Shown here: positions 36,066 through 49,139 of the stretch, piece by piece | Position numbering within the stretch: the stretch's first letter is position 1 | Layout: every line of letters starts with the position of its first letter | Assembly (NCBI GenBank): GCA_028534125.1 | Contig: CM052817.1 | Coordinates: forward strand, 41,046,001 to 41,110,000 | Length of the DNA: 64,000 nt | Reading direction: 5' to 3' | From: Lama glama | Lineage: Eukaryota | Program-made: the position numbers and the translations under genes | The notes under the pieces: generated by a model | Told to the model about the DNA's origin: nothing | Database searches by the model: none | Seen by the model: the letters and a program-made list of their open reading frames with translations, nothing else

Positions 36066-36527
36066 TTGGAGCTAGAATAATTGTTCCCAAGTGCCGATCT
36101 GTGAATCAGCATGATCTTTGACACCGTTTTCATGACTCCATGATACACACTGTAAAATAATTACAGTGTAGGCAGATTTTCACTAATTTAAATGGTATGT
36201 TTTATGAGATGATATTGACAGTAGATGATATTTTTAGTTTATTTAGCAAAATTAAAAAAAAGCTGGTGATTCTAAGACATCTACCCTTATTTTCCTTGCC
36301 AAATTTGTCTGATGTACAAATGCAATGTAATAGGACTCAGTGAATTAAGACATCCTAATCATGCTGAATATTAGGGTTAATTGAATCAAATGATTTTCAC
36401 TTTCAAATTATTTTAATGGGGGCAATGGAATTCTGGGCATTCCTTAGCCACTTCATACTACAACCAGCTGTTATCTCCTGAATTCCTATAGTACCTATCA
36501 TCAGGATAACTCGGTTCACCCTTACTC

Positions 36528-36528
<1 letters not shown>

Positions 36529-36565
<37 letters not shown>

Positions 36566-36574
36566 TGTGTGTGT
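36529..36574. repeat. (TG)n microsatellite
   Basis: direct. Confidence 0.97.
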
Positions 36575-36664
36575 TTTCTTAGCACCAGTCCTCAATATGG
36601 TCTAGTGTGTCTCATATCTCCGTGTGTCTGATCTTGGAGTCAGACACAACAATGCAAAGAGGCC

Positions 36665-37175
36665 ATATACTATTGTAGTGAAGTCCTGGGCTCTGCAATC
36701 CAACTGCCTGGGTTCAAGGCCTGGGTTCACCACTGGGTTGCTGTGTAACCTCAAGCAGGTAACTTACCTTTCCTGTGCCTCAGTTTCATCATCTATCAAA
36801 CTTTAAAGTTAACATTACCTACCTAGTAGGATTGTTCTCAAGATTTATTCAGATAATCCACGTGAACATTTAGTATAATGCCTGATACATAGTAAGAGCT
36901 CAATAAATAGCAGCAAAAACAACAGACAAAGAAGAAGCAAACAAGAAACTCTGGGGAGTCAGACAGGCTTGCGATCTGATATACCCACCTCCATGACCAG
37001 CCCCTCCTCCTCGATTGCACAGTGTGGCTTTAGGCAAGTTACTTAGCATCTCTGGATCTTGTTTTCCTCATCTCTATAATGCTTACCTCACATGTTTTGT
37101 TGTCATCATCAAATAAGTTACTATATGTAAAGTATTTACATTGTGCTTGACTCATTATGGGTGCACAATAAATGT
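36665..37175 (+). mobile_element. two tandem MIR SINEs
   Basis: ctgcctgggttcaagg...gcctcagtttcatcatctat...agtaagagctcaataaat, then ggagtcagacagg...ggcaagttacttagc...caataaatgtt. Confidence 0.8.
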
Positions 37176-38704
37176 TTTATCAATTCCTTCTACTTTTACG
37201 CATCTGTATTCACACAGCCCTTCCTCTCTGTACTTTGCATGTAATAATAATTAACAAGTATTTGCTGCATCCTGTACCCATCTCTCTGTCTTACTGCCTG
37301 TCACCTACATTGTCAGTTTCTCTACAAGGAAGAGCAGAAACCCATGCACAGAACAGGAATCTTACTGGTTAGGATTCAGGTTACTCAGACCTGTTGCCCA
37401 GTCTTTTTGCTTTGGCCAAGATCAATCCTGACAGACCTCTCTGATGACAAGACAGCCTATCAGAAAGGACGCTGAATTGGGACATTTTGTGATATCTTGG
37501 CACAGATGGGAGAGTTATGGGTCCAACACGTTGTTTTTAAAGACATGCTGTTGTTAAAGAAGTTTGTGATTTGGTCTCTTTCCTGAGAGCTCCAACCTCA
37601 GCCTCTTCCTTTATGTGATTCTCACATTATCATCTCATGAGGCAAAGGTGGACTGCCTTGGACTTGACCACCAGGGCTGGCACACACGGGCAAAACTTAT
37701 GAGACGTATTTTTGGGCTCATACTGATATGTCCCTCAAGTTAAATCAATTCCATTGCTTTTTTTTTTTAAGGCAACACCCTTTTAAAAGACATTTTGGAG
37801 CAAGATAATGTTTATTTTCACTGCTGGAATGAGGGAATGAAGGAATGAGTGATTGGAGAATAAATTAGTAAAATAGTTTTAAAATATAAACCCCATCCCC
37901 CTCCTTGACATTAACGTTTCAATGTATGAGGATGCAGTGCTTCTTCCACTAAACCCTGGTCCCGAGTTTTTTTCCCTTTTCTCAATCTCTTCTAACTTGG
38001 AACATGACTCTTTCCCTTTTTCTCTTTAATATAGATTTTTTTCAATTAGTGCAACATTTTAGGAGAGACTCCTTCGAAAAGTGAGAATTTAGAAGGGGTG
38101 GTTAAAACGTTGACTCTTTGTGATTCTAAGATGTACTCGGACAGTTACTGGGTTATAAGGCAGAGGATGGGTTCTGCCTCCATGGGCTGCCTATCCATCC
38201 GGCGGCGGATGGCTTCTTGCCGGGAACAGGAAACACAAATGTTCACCTTGGACAGATTTTGGTGCAATGTGTTGCTCCTCGGATGTCTACCATTTCCACT
38301 GCTCAGAATAGAAGATTTCTTTACTGCAATTCAAGCACCTACACCGGCTCCAAAAACAGTACTGTTTGCAATTGTTGGGAAGAGGCTTTGTAAAATCTCA
38401 TTAAATATTGACACTCTTGCTCTGCTCTGTCAGAAAAATGAACTTAGATTCCCTTTGGTGTCCTTTCCCTGGCAGCCTTCTAAACATTACCTTTTGTTAC
38501 TTTGTGACACTGTTTCTTGAGTAAGATAAGGTTAGGATCTCAAAGAACTTCGCCCCCTATTGGGGAGACAAGAGGAGCAAGAAAACCTTTATTAACATGA
38601 GCCAGACTAGGTAAGCTTTCCCCAAACTTAAGACATACAAAGACTGTTCATGATTTTCCCCCCTTATTTGTATATCACTTCTCTTATTGCTTCATAGATT
38701 TTTT

Positions 38705-38889
38705 TAAAAATTATTTTTTTATTGTAGTATAGTCAGCTTATAATATGTCAATTTCTGGTGTACAGCATAATATTTCAGTCTTACATACACATACATGTAT
38801 TCCTTTTCATATTCTTTTTCATTGTAGGTAACTACAAGATTTTGAATATAGTTTCCTGTGCAATATAGAAGAAACTTACTGTTTATCTA
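38705..38889 (-). mobile_element. L1 3' UTR fragment (camelid-type)
   Basis: ttttattgtagtatagtcagc...tgtcaatttctggtgtacagcataa...ttccttttcatattctttttcatt...ttgaatatagtttcctgtgc. Confidence 0.9.
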
Positions 38890-40667
38890 CACAGGTTTTT
38901 GGTTTTTTTTACTTTAAATTGATGCACTTTTAAAAATGTAGCTTTGTCCTGAGCAATAATACCTAAGAAATGATAGGTTTTATGTTCTAATTTCCTAACA
39001 CATACAGAAAGAAACCCATGACAGCTAAAATTGCATTTTTAAATGTGTGTGTTACTTCAGATCTTCCTGTGTAACACAAGTGGTAAGGAAAGGAAACGTT
39101 GGGAAATGTTGAACTGGATTGTCCCACTGTTGAAGTTGAAATCAGGAATCAAGACCACATTCCTGAGGGACTGGAATTGTAGGAGTTGATTCGCAAGGCC
39201 AGGGTTGGAAAAATACCTGTAGGTGTGCCCAGGTGTTTAAGGCCTCCTTCCCTCTCTGTCTGTTTTCAGTGTACTCTGTCCTAACGTGCGTGCCTGAACC
39301 TTAGGACTCATCCTCCTCTTCCTTTGCATTCTCGACCTCCATTCTCAGTTACTTCCTTTGCTCCACCACTGGCTGTGATCTCTGGGTTGCCAAGCTCAGA
39401 CTAGAGACTTGATGTCCATGTGCAGAGCCCCTTTGCATTGGTTTCCTTTTGGCCTTTTGGACTGTGGGCTTTCCACCAATTTCTATTATGGAGCTGGTAA
39501 TAGCAAATTTGTTCAAAACAGCAAATTAGAGCTGAAACTGCTCTGGGAAGAACTTGACCTGGAAGGACTTTGTGTGACTGGGAATGGGGCCATTATCACT
39601 TAAACCATAAAATCTTGTGAGAAGAGAGGTTATGAGAAGTTTAAAATAAAAATAGAGTGTCTGCTTATATCTTTTATAAACATTTTGTATCTTAACTGTG
39701 AAAAATGTGGACCACCCTCACTGGTCCTCTCATCTCTTGAGTCAAAATAATGTTCCAAGCTGCAAGAGTAATTTCCAGATATTCTTAAACATGATTTCAC
39801 CACTCTTCTCATGCATCCCCAGAGACTCAGGACACTTTCAGGGCTGGAGGAATAGAAGTTCTAAGACACCGAGGAAATGGACTAGTGGAAAACTCAATCT
39901 TCTACCTTCTGTACTTTGGGACTCTCTTCACTGATTTTTGTTTCTTCATTTTTCTTCGCTCAAAATAATATGTACAATTTGGCATCAAATAAAAAGTACC
40001 TAAGACTTTTCTTTTCACAGGCTGTTCTCTGAACAAGATGTGAATTTTTGAAGGGAAAAAAATCTGCAAATAACCCTGCTAAGTAATATTACAACTGTAA
40101 CTGGCTTGTGAAAGTCATGAGAATGCCTTTGATAAAAATGCCAACTGAATGCTATAGTTCTGGTAAATGAGATCACATTCTGGGGCCGTGGGATTCCACT
40201 TCTGCACTGACCATTTTCACTTGGAGTCTTATTTAAATCGATGCAGTTTTGCAAGTTGACTTTTAGACAAAGAAGGGTCACATGATCAACACTAAAATAG
40301 AGGAATGTACAGATTCCTCCCAGCACCTTTAGGAGATTCTTCCTCTTAAACGTCTGAGTTTTAACTGGGCTTTGGAAATATGAAATTCCTGAGTCATACT
40401 AAACAGCATAAGCAAATTTCAAACCAAAGTGGCACATTCGAGAATGGCCTGTTGCCAAGGGTGGAGGTAGAAAAATGCCAGTGTCTTTGAGGCCAGGGCG
40501 GGATATTATTCATGCGTGTGGGCAGCTGTTACATTTGGAGTCCTCTGAGAGCCGGCAGAATGTGCTGTGCCTGCAATACTGACTCCTCCTCTCTGTCCCA
40601 ACCATGTGGTTGCATGTGTCTGAGAGTTGCAAGCCCTTTATGATGGTATCTACAAATTCTTGCTCTT

Positions 40668-41315
40668 TTTTTTTTATAACTTTTTTTTATTGATTTATAA
40701 TCATTTTACAATGTTGTGTCAAATTCCAATGTAGAGCAAAATTTTTCAGTTATACATGAACATACCTATATTCATTGTCACATTTTTTCCTCCGTGAGCT
40801 ACCATAAGATCTTGTATATATTTTCCCCTGTGCTATACAGTATAATCTTGTTTATCTATTCTACAATTTTGAAATCCCAGTCTTATCTCTTCCCACCCCA
40901 TGCCCCCTTGGCAACCACAAGTTTATATTCTATGTCTGTGAGTCTATTTCTGTTTTGTATTTATGCTTTGTTTGTTTGTTTGTTTGTTTNNNNNNNNNNN
41001 NNNNNNNNNNNNNNNNNNNNNNNNNNNNNNNNNNNNNNNNNNNNNNNNNNNNNNNNNNNNNNNNNNNNNNNNNNNNNNNNNNNNNNNNNCTATTGTAAAT
41101 AATGCTGCCATGAACATTGGGGTGCAGGTGTCATCCTGAAGTAGGGTTCCTTCTGGATATAAGCCCAGGAGGAGGATTCCTGGGTCATATGGTAAGTCTA
41201 TTCCTAGTCTTTTGAGGAATCTCCATACTGTTTTCCACAGTGGCTGCACCAAACTGCATTCCCACCAGCAGTGAAGGAGGGTTCCCTTTTCTCCACAGCC
41301 CTCCAGCATTTGTCA
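40668..41315 (-). mobile_element. young 5'-truncated L1 (ORF2 C-terminus plus 3' UTR), spanning an N gap
   Basis: translates to [42 protein letters not shown]...TCTPMFMAALFTI (L1 ORF2 cysteine-rich domain); 17-bp TSD tacaaattcttgctctt / tacaaagtcttgctctt (40651-40667, 41316-41332). Confidence 0.95.
40990..41089. other. assembly gap (100 N)
   Basis: run of N after (TTTG)n. Confidence 1.
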
Positions 41316-43630
41316 TACAAAGTCTTGCTCTTGGTTTTGCTGGGCACAGTCATCAACATATGAATACCTTCCAACCTAAAACAGCTAAAAAACATGGTTA
41401 AGGAGAAGCAGAAATGGAGAGCTCTCAGGAAGTGTTTCTAATGATTATTTGGGAATGCTGAAGATGTTGACTCACATAGCAGATCAAAACAGGCACTGTA
41501 GGTTGTCAGAATAACAGAGACTTGGTCCTGACCGATGGCACCCACCTAAAAATACGAAAGAGAGTACTTCCGAGGAAATCTAGGTCAAATTTCCCTCTTT
41601 ACTAGTTTCTATCTCACCCCCAAATTCCCCCACACATCAACCCTGTGTCTTCACAATTTACAAGGCAAGGATTAAGATTGAAATGACTTGTTTATTTGTA
41701 ATTCAATTCACAACTCTGCTTAAGTAAATAGACTAATAAATTATTGCAGAGTTCCTTAATCCTAGAGCGCCATCTTTGGCCTGTTTGATTTCTTTACCTG
41801 ACTTTAATACTACAAACACTGGTAATTTATGTATGGAAAGAAAAGGACTAATTTTTTTTTTTTCTGAGCAGCAACTCATAAGCAGCTCCATCTATCAGAT
41901 GTCTGCAGATGCCTTTCAGAAAGAGTCTACCCTGATAGTATCCATCAACTGGATTCTTACACTTCTGGGTGGGAATTTAGGTTGCACCAGCTCACAGACC
42001 ACAACCCTCTGTGGTTTCAGTAAAGTAGTGCATCACAGCAGAAAGAGCACCAGAAACTTAATTTCAGATTCTGGTTTTGCCACTAACTAGTTTTGTGACT
42101 TCAAGCAAGTTATTGAACCTTTCTGGCTATCACTTATAGCGAAATACAAGTGTCGGATCAGGTCGGGGCTTGTCCCAAGCGCTGGTTCAGGTTCATTGGT
42201 CGTGGTGTGCTGGAGAATGTTGAGAACAGTAAGACGCATCCAGCCACAGTGGGAATGAGTACCCTCGTTGGCTGTTTCAGACTCAGGCTTATCCTAATAG
42301 ATTAGCTGTGTCTGTCCTGTGCAGGTGCCTTATTTGGGTCAACCCCAGCTATGCATTTCACCTCTATCTGAGAAACGTAGAACACATGTCAGAGCAGCAA
42401 GAGTATTTTCTAATTTTCAGAATCAGAAGTAGAAAATTCTCTTGAACAAGACAGGATTTCAGAGAGTCAATTCTTTCCAGTTCCTTGGCCCAGCATCTCA
42501 TATTTTCCTCCTGATTGTTACTAACTGGTTGGAACAAATGGCCAGTTGATGCACCCTGCCTGGGAATATTTGGAAGCACCCAGAAATTCCTTCCTCATTC
42601 ACGCTCATTAGGCAGGACTGGGAAGGTTTACTTTGCTTACCAGTCAATGAACTCATAATATGTTAGTATGAAGTGCTTAGAGCTAGTTGTAAAACCGGCT
42701 ACTTTATATAATTTTCATTTGATGGGATCAATTTCAAGAGATTTTTAAATCGAGCAGAAATCATAAAATTATTCAAGCCTACACAGTCTTAAGGAGAAAG
42801 TTCACCCACATCACTGTAATGTTGACGTCTATACTTCGGAATTCATGATAAATGCCCTGAGCAGCTTCAAATACACAAGTCTGTCTTTTGTTAGTTTGTT
42901 TGTTTAATGAAGATTTCCCTACTTCCTGAAAATCTCAGAAATAAAAAACTGTTTATGTACCCATTAGAGTAATTTGCTTGAATTAAAGCTGAGGCTTTGG
43001 AATCACCATTCTTTATCATTCGGCAGTGTACTTTACCCCTGGCTAAGAGTTTGGGGGCTCTGGTCCTATTTTTTTTTTTATGGCCTATTTTTTTTAATGG
43101 CCTATTCCTAAATTTAGGAAAATTATTGAAGCCCACTATGTCTGCTACCCTCCCAAACAATTGGATATTTGCCTTTGCTCCTTGACTGTACTTCAGTGAT
43201 ATTCGAGGACTTGAAGAAATTCCAGGAGGTCCATTGAGGCCCCCTGGTGAGAGTCACTCATGCCATTAGCATTGTTGCTGTTGCCAAGATTGTCCCTTAC
43301 CCCGTGCCTTCATCTTAAACAGCCCTGTGTGTTCTCTTGGGCACAGAGATGCCATTTTACATGCCATTTACAGCACCTAGAAATGCAGAGGCTCAGAAGA
43401 AATAATTCTGACTATGAAATACTAATTTAATTTTTACCTTAATCCACAAAACAAGTTCATCTACTTTGATTTCTCAAATGTCTGGGAGAATTTATGCAAC
43501 AAAGGCTGCTACCAGGACATAAGGGTGTGTTGGTTGATGTCCTAAGCAGGTTTTACACCCTTCAGACTCCTGTAGCCTCTTCTCTTAACATTCACTTGTT
43601 CTGTTAATGGCAAAAGGAAAAGGAGTAACA

Positions 43631-43671
43631 TGTCCTTAAAAATCTATTGCCCTTGTCCTTAAAAATCTATT
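43631..43671. repeat. direct duplication of TGTCCTTAAAAATCTATT
   Basis: copies at 43631-43648 and 43654-43671. Confidence 0.9.
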
Positions 43672-43844
43672 AACTTCGAGATGCATATATCTTCAGAGAA
43701 TATGACTTTATTTCACTGATCCTTTCCTAGACTATAATTTCAGTGGACTTTCTACATATTATTAGAAACGATTGACTGTTTTTCTGCTAAGAACCCTATT
43801 TTGCTCCTTCCTAGCCAATCTCCCCACTCTTTATTCCATATGAG

Positions 43845-44273
43845 CAGTGGTGCATGAGTCAAGGTTTAAAAACTGAATCTCTGAAGAAAAAGAAATAAGT
43901 CCTGATTTGTAGTGCTTGCCAGTTTTGCAGTGTGAATAGTCCCACCATGGCCATTTTTAAGTTACCAATATGGCGTCTCTGAGCACAGAGTTGGGAAGAG
44001 ATTCATGGTAGATACCATTGCATAATGTTACCACCACCCAAAAGCAATAGATCAGTAAACTTAGGATCATAGATAATAGTAAAATGTAGTGAAATAATTA
44101 GGAAGTGATAAGATTTTAGTATATATTACCCTTATTTTATACATAGTTTATTTGTTAGTGCATATAATTTAATTTTTAATAACAGCCGTGTTTAACAGCT
44201 GGCTCACAAATTTCCTGAAAATTTAATAGTCAGTTCTTGTGAGCTGGTGTGGACTGGTTCCAGCACACCATTA
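43845..44273 (-). mobile_element. MER63-family hAT element, full length
   Basis: cagtggtg...cctgatttgtagtgcttgcc...tttaacagctggctcacaaatttcctgaaaattt...ttccagcacacca; 8-bp hAT TSD catatgag / cagatgag. Confidence 0.88.
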
Positions 44274-44989
44274 CAGATGAGTTACTTACAGACTAAAGTT
44301 TATTTATTCCCTGGCAGTGCTTGGAAAACTGGGCAGGGAAATGTAAGTGATTCTAAACTCCCATCCTAAGCAAAGTAAATTAAAGAGCAGGGATGTATCT
44401 ATTTAACATGCTTTATTTGGTGCCAGTACAAAGCCCTGGCATTTGTGCACTTAATGCATAGATCATATCAACCGCAAAGGGTGGAGAGACCAGGCTAGCC
44501 AGATAGGCCACTCCTAAAAACATCAAAAAGACTCTTTAAAATTTTGAAAGGAGTATAAACACAACTGAACATGAAACCAGAAGAACTTGGAGAGAGAGAT
44601 TTTTTTAAAAGTTAGTTTAATCTAGACAGTACAAACATACAGAGATAATATTAAATCTGTCTGGGGAGGCAATACTGGAAATATCATTGTTCATTGTGTA
44701 TGAAATGAAGGAAGTAAAGAAGACAGGCCAAAAGGAAACAGAGCCTTAAAATTTGATGTACGTAAGTAGATTAAGAAACTATAATTTGTATTTACTTTGG
44801 CTACAAGTGAATGGACCTGTGACCACCATTAAGTCAGTCTTCAAAGCTTGGCTGCTTCGTTAGAATACCTCAAGGTGCCAGGAGGGAATATGAGTTCTAC
44901 TGGGTCTAGTAATAGTGGGAGAAGACAGTGAAATTGTCCTTCTAGTCTACAGATCTTTGTTCTCTTCCTCCAGAAATTGCTTCCAAGCA

Positions 44990-45360
44990 ACACACTCCCT
45001 CTCTCCCCAAGCCCTGTTGAGTCTGCCTTCTCCACTTTTGCCAAGCATTTACTTGGACGTTTCTTTATCTGTTACTTGCCTTGTCTCCTTCACTGTCTCT
45101 TCCCAACTTCTGCTGTTCTTAGAATTGCAGTTTGAGTGTCAGTTCCAGGAAGCCTTCCTTGACCCTCAAAATCCTACTTGGAAGATACAATGAATTGACA
45201 TCCCTTACAACTGGTATGTCTCTTCCAGGAGACTTAAAACTGCTGAAGGATGGAAATGTATCTTATTCTATTGTATCCTATGTGCCAAGAGCAAATCCTC
45301 ATTATGTAATGAGTGTTCAGTGAATGCTTTCTCTGAACGAGTTAAATAAATGAATCAATG
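44990..45360 (+). mobile_element. L2 3' end
   Basis: ccaggaagccttccttgacc...tatcttattctattgtatcc...gtgttcagtgaatg...taaatgaat. Confidence 0.65.
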
Positions 45361-46714
45361 CCCACAAAGGAGACAGAGCCCAAAGGAACCTGGGAGGCTT
45401 TCCATTGCTTAAAACACATAGTAACATCTACATGGCTGGATGAAAATACTGCTGGTACCACTCTCTCTGAGTAAATGAGTAGAACAAAGTCGATTATGAA
45501 TTCTCCTTCAGTGAACATGCCTCCTGTCCCCCTTCCTCATGCCAGTCCCTGGTATTCTCCCATCAGCTATGTTAATAGCCTTTTCCCTCTTTCCCCTAAT
45601 TGCCTTCTGGAACCCCTTGCTTGGTGCACTGAGTACAATAGATGGTCTGTAATTAAGCAGGGTGAAATGAAGGAGGAAGTAGATTCCAATGCGAGGGCCT
45701 TGCCGCCTTCGAGCACCTGTGTTCCTTCTCTCCCCTCTACCTCCGCCTGAATAATTAAATGCATGCTCTTTTGTATTGCTCTCCAGCACTCTGGCGAGCA
45801 CTGCTCTCTACATATTCATGGAGACAAAATGAAATGAAGTAGGGCAAAATTACAGGTTAGACAAGTGTCTGGTGATAGCCTAAATTATCATCTTTGTAGA
45901 AAGCGAAGGGTTGACGTAGGGCTTTTACATATCTCCCAACACATGAAATTCAGGTTCTGAATTAGAGATAGAATTACAGTATGTGGCTTGATATCTTATT
46001 CTCAGGTGTGTGGGAGATGTCTAGAAGTAAAATAGCTTTAGCCCTTGTAGACTGGGGCTATTTAAGTTGGGAGATATGTCACATGCATAATCTTAAAAAG
46101 GCAGCGATGCCTTGCACTTTGACTTTTCAGAGATTCACTCCCTTCAGCCTATTACAGTCCACATGGACTTTATTCACTGCCCTCAAAGCCATTTAGACAC
46201 AACTGATGACCATCTGTCAACAGCGAGAAGAACTTTTACTTCCTTTGTGACCATAGCATGTGGAATGTCCCGTCGGCATGGGTGAGGTTTGAGATATGAG
46301 AGTCTCAGGCACCCTCATTACTCCTTCAAAGTCTCCCAGAGCAGAGTGAACAGCGCTTGGCACTGCAGTTATCTCCTTGGCCACTGGAAATGACCATTTT
46401 TGAGTTCTGGGTATTTAATAGTCTCTTCTCTTTTTTTGAATTAAACAGCAACCTTCGTAACTGGCAGTAATTTAAAACCTTGAGGTTCCAAAAGATATTT
46501 ATATTCAACTTTTTAAAAGGATCGAAAAGTGTAACTGTCCCTTCTGAATGTGCTTAATATAGAACTTTGTCTCTGCCAACTTTTTAGGACACCAGCAAAA
46601 AGTTCAGAAGAGTTTATATCCAATTACATCTCAGGAGTATTGGTTCAAAATATGTTAGCTGCATGAATGTCATTAAGAAAATGTACGATAATGGTTTTCA
46701 GTGCAGTCTTTAAA

Positions 46715-46890
46715 ATATTGTTTCTCAAAAGGTGGACCAGTCTTCCTGCATCTTACTTGGAGAGCTTGTATGAAATGCAGATCCCTAGGCCACACACCAG
46801 ATGTTATGAATCAGAATATCTGAGGGTGGGACCCAGGAATCTGTGTATTAAGCAAGTTCCCAGATGTTATTGATATACTTTATAGACGAA
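46715..46890. mobile_element. MER5-family MITE
   Basis: aaatgcagatccctaggccacacaccaga...gaatcagaatatctgagggtgggacccaggaatctg. Confidence 0.8.
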
Positions 46891-47259
46891 TGACCATCAA
46901 TTTAGAGCATTAAAAAACAAAATGCAAGAAATACCCTGTCATTTTTCATTAAACACAATGGCAATAGAGCTTTCCTCATTAATGCTGTGAGTGGATAAAG
47001 GTTTTTTATTGGGCAGCCACGTAGGTGGGTGGATGCGGCAGAATCTGAGCCGTGGTGGGTAGGAGTTTGGTGGGAGTTCTAAAAGCTGGCAGCTGTGTGA
47101 ATCAATAGCAGAATGGCCTACAACTGAACATTGTACATTGTGCATGAAATGACCTATGTCGAACAGTCAGGGTCAATAATCCAGGTGGGACTGAACAAGT
47201 AAGTTTCCTCGTGATCTCTGTAGATTAGGTGAGATAAGGACGAAGATTTCGTTGGACTG

Positions 47260-47520
47260 TTCATTCATTCACTCATTCATTCATCCATTTGGCCGATAAT
47301 TACTGGGCACTTAGTTTGTCTCAGGCCACTATGTTAGATTCTGGGAATACAGATGTGAGGAAACATGGTCCCTGCCCTCACAGGGCTTAGAGCAGCATGA
47401 GAAGGAAGATATTAATAATCCTAGAATCATAGAAGTAAGTACCTAGTTGTAATTTGTGGTGAATGCTATGAAGAAAAATCACATGGTGCCAAGGGAGCAT
47501 GACAAGAGGACCTAATACAA
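47260..47520 (-). mobile_element. L2 3' end
   Basis: (TTCA)n tail, ttactgggcactt...caggccactatgttag...ctgggaatacag...ggtccctgccctca. Confidence 0.8.
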
Positions 47521-47629
47521 AGCAGGTTGTAACATTTAAACTTACGATGAAGCCAGTAACTCGGCAGAACAGCCTGAACGCATCTCCTCCATCTCTGTTA
47601 TCTAGTAACAAATATTGTCGAAATATAGC

Positions 47630-48050
47630 TAACATTACTGAGTGCCAACTATCTGTCTTGGCACCGTGGTAGATTTTTACAAGTGTTTCCTCATTTAACT
47701 TTCTCCATGACCTGTAAGTTATGTCTCATTTCACACATAGAGAAGCAGAAGCTCCCGAATCTATTAAATGCCTCCACTGGGATTCAGATTCTGATCTATC
47801 CGATCCTAATGGCTGTGTTCTATTCACTAGTCACTATTCATTAGACAGATACTGTAGATGATTCGTAGAGGGTTCATGGATGGCATATCAGAGTCATTAG
47901 CTCACTACCAGGCGCTCCATTTTATAGATGCAAACACAGGGTTAAGCACCTATCAGAACTCACATCAAAACTTGATAGCAGATCTGAATCTAGAATCCAG
48001 ATCTTGAGCCCCTGTTCAAAGCTCATCTCACTCTATCACATTGCCTCTGT
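47630..48050 (-). mobile_element. MIR fragments
   Basis: ttactgagtgccaactat...tttcctcatttaac... and ccattttatagatg...ctagaatccagatc. Confidence 0.6.
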
Positions 48051-48744
48051 ATCTCATAGTTATATGTGCCCTGCTAGGAGTTTAGCATTTAACTGATTCT
48101 CTGTGCTAGATTTTAAAAAACTGGTTGGTTTAGGCTGCAGAAGTCATTCCCAGTGATCAAAAGTCGTACTGTATTGTTCTTATCTACCATCATCCCCGTC
48201 CTCCTAAGCATGCAGAATCCACCTTCTGATCATTAGTAGTAGCGTGCTGCTTTTTAGGTGCAAATAATATGCTGTTGGTGCACTGTCTGAAAGGAATGAA
48301 CTTAGTTGTATTTTCAGTAATGGAAATGGATTTTTTTTCCCTACCTTTTACCCTGGGTTACAGTAATCCCAAGGGCAATAGCAAGGTGTCTGGGATCCAC
48401 AGACCTGCAAGATAAATATGGGTACGTCTTCCTAGAGCATTAATTTAGCCAACAGCAAGTATTTTTAATCCTTCCTTTAATATTACAGCAAGCATGAATA
48501 TATCGTGGAATAGAATGTAAAATTAGAACAAATTTTTAGATAAATAGAAGACTTCAAAGAAGTTATGTGCCCGTAGCCAAATGCTTCAGACTGACATCCT
48601 CAAAAGCATGCTTTACCTCTCTCCCTCCTAACGTGCGCTCACACCCACATATCCGCATACATTCACTCTTCTCTGCCATTAGGGTTGAAGGAAAATAGAG
48701 AAAATGTGCCTTAGATTCATTACACTCCCAGGCCTGGTCTATTC

Positions 48745-48965
48745 CCGAAGGTATAATGTAGAAGAAAAATTGTGTGCTTTGGTATCAGTAAGCCTTGAGT
48801 CTGAATCTTGAAACCACAACTCCCTGACTGCCTGACTTCTGTCCTCTGAGCCTTGGTTGTTTGGCTGTATACTGGCGGTGAACTGGCTACATCATGTGCC
48901 TATTTTGATGATTAAATGAGATAAATGTAGAGTGCCAATATCTGGGACATGGAAGGCACTCAAGA
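48745..48965 (+). mobile_element. MIR SINE
   Basis: ccttgagtctgaatctt...cctctgagccttgg...gattaaatgagataa...ggcactcaa. Confidence 0.65.
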
Positions 48966-49098
48966 AATGGCAAGTGATGATGATCTTATGTATCGTGGAG
49001 GGGCATGAAGAAGGGCCAGGGAAATGAGAGAGCTACTGGTCCAAGAAGGGACCACATCTTGGCTTCTAGAGCATTGAAACAAAGTGCAAGAGCAAAGT

Positions 49099-49139
49099 AC
49101 ACAGACACACACACAGACACACACACACACACACACACA
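49099..49139. repeat. (CA)n microsatellite
   Basis: direct. Confidence 0.95.

Noticed and set aside
36147..36169. 9-bp inverted repeat acactgtaa / ttacagtgt
   Set aside because: Short AT-rich stem, probably within a degraded DNA transposon; expected by chance in 64 kb.
39240..39500. Strong acceptor ctctctgtctgttttcag
   Set aside because: Only a weak donor follows and I saw no coding signal.
40944..41309. ORF with CWWEC motif as a host gene
   Set aside because: It is the L1 ORF2 C-terminus inside a TSD-bounded truncated L1.
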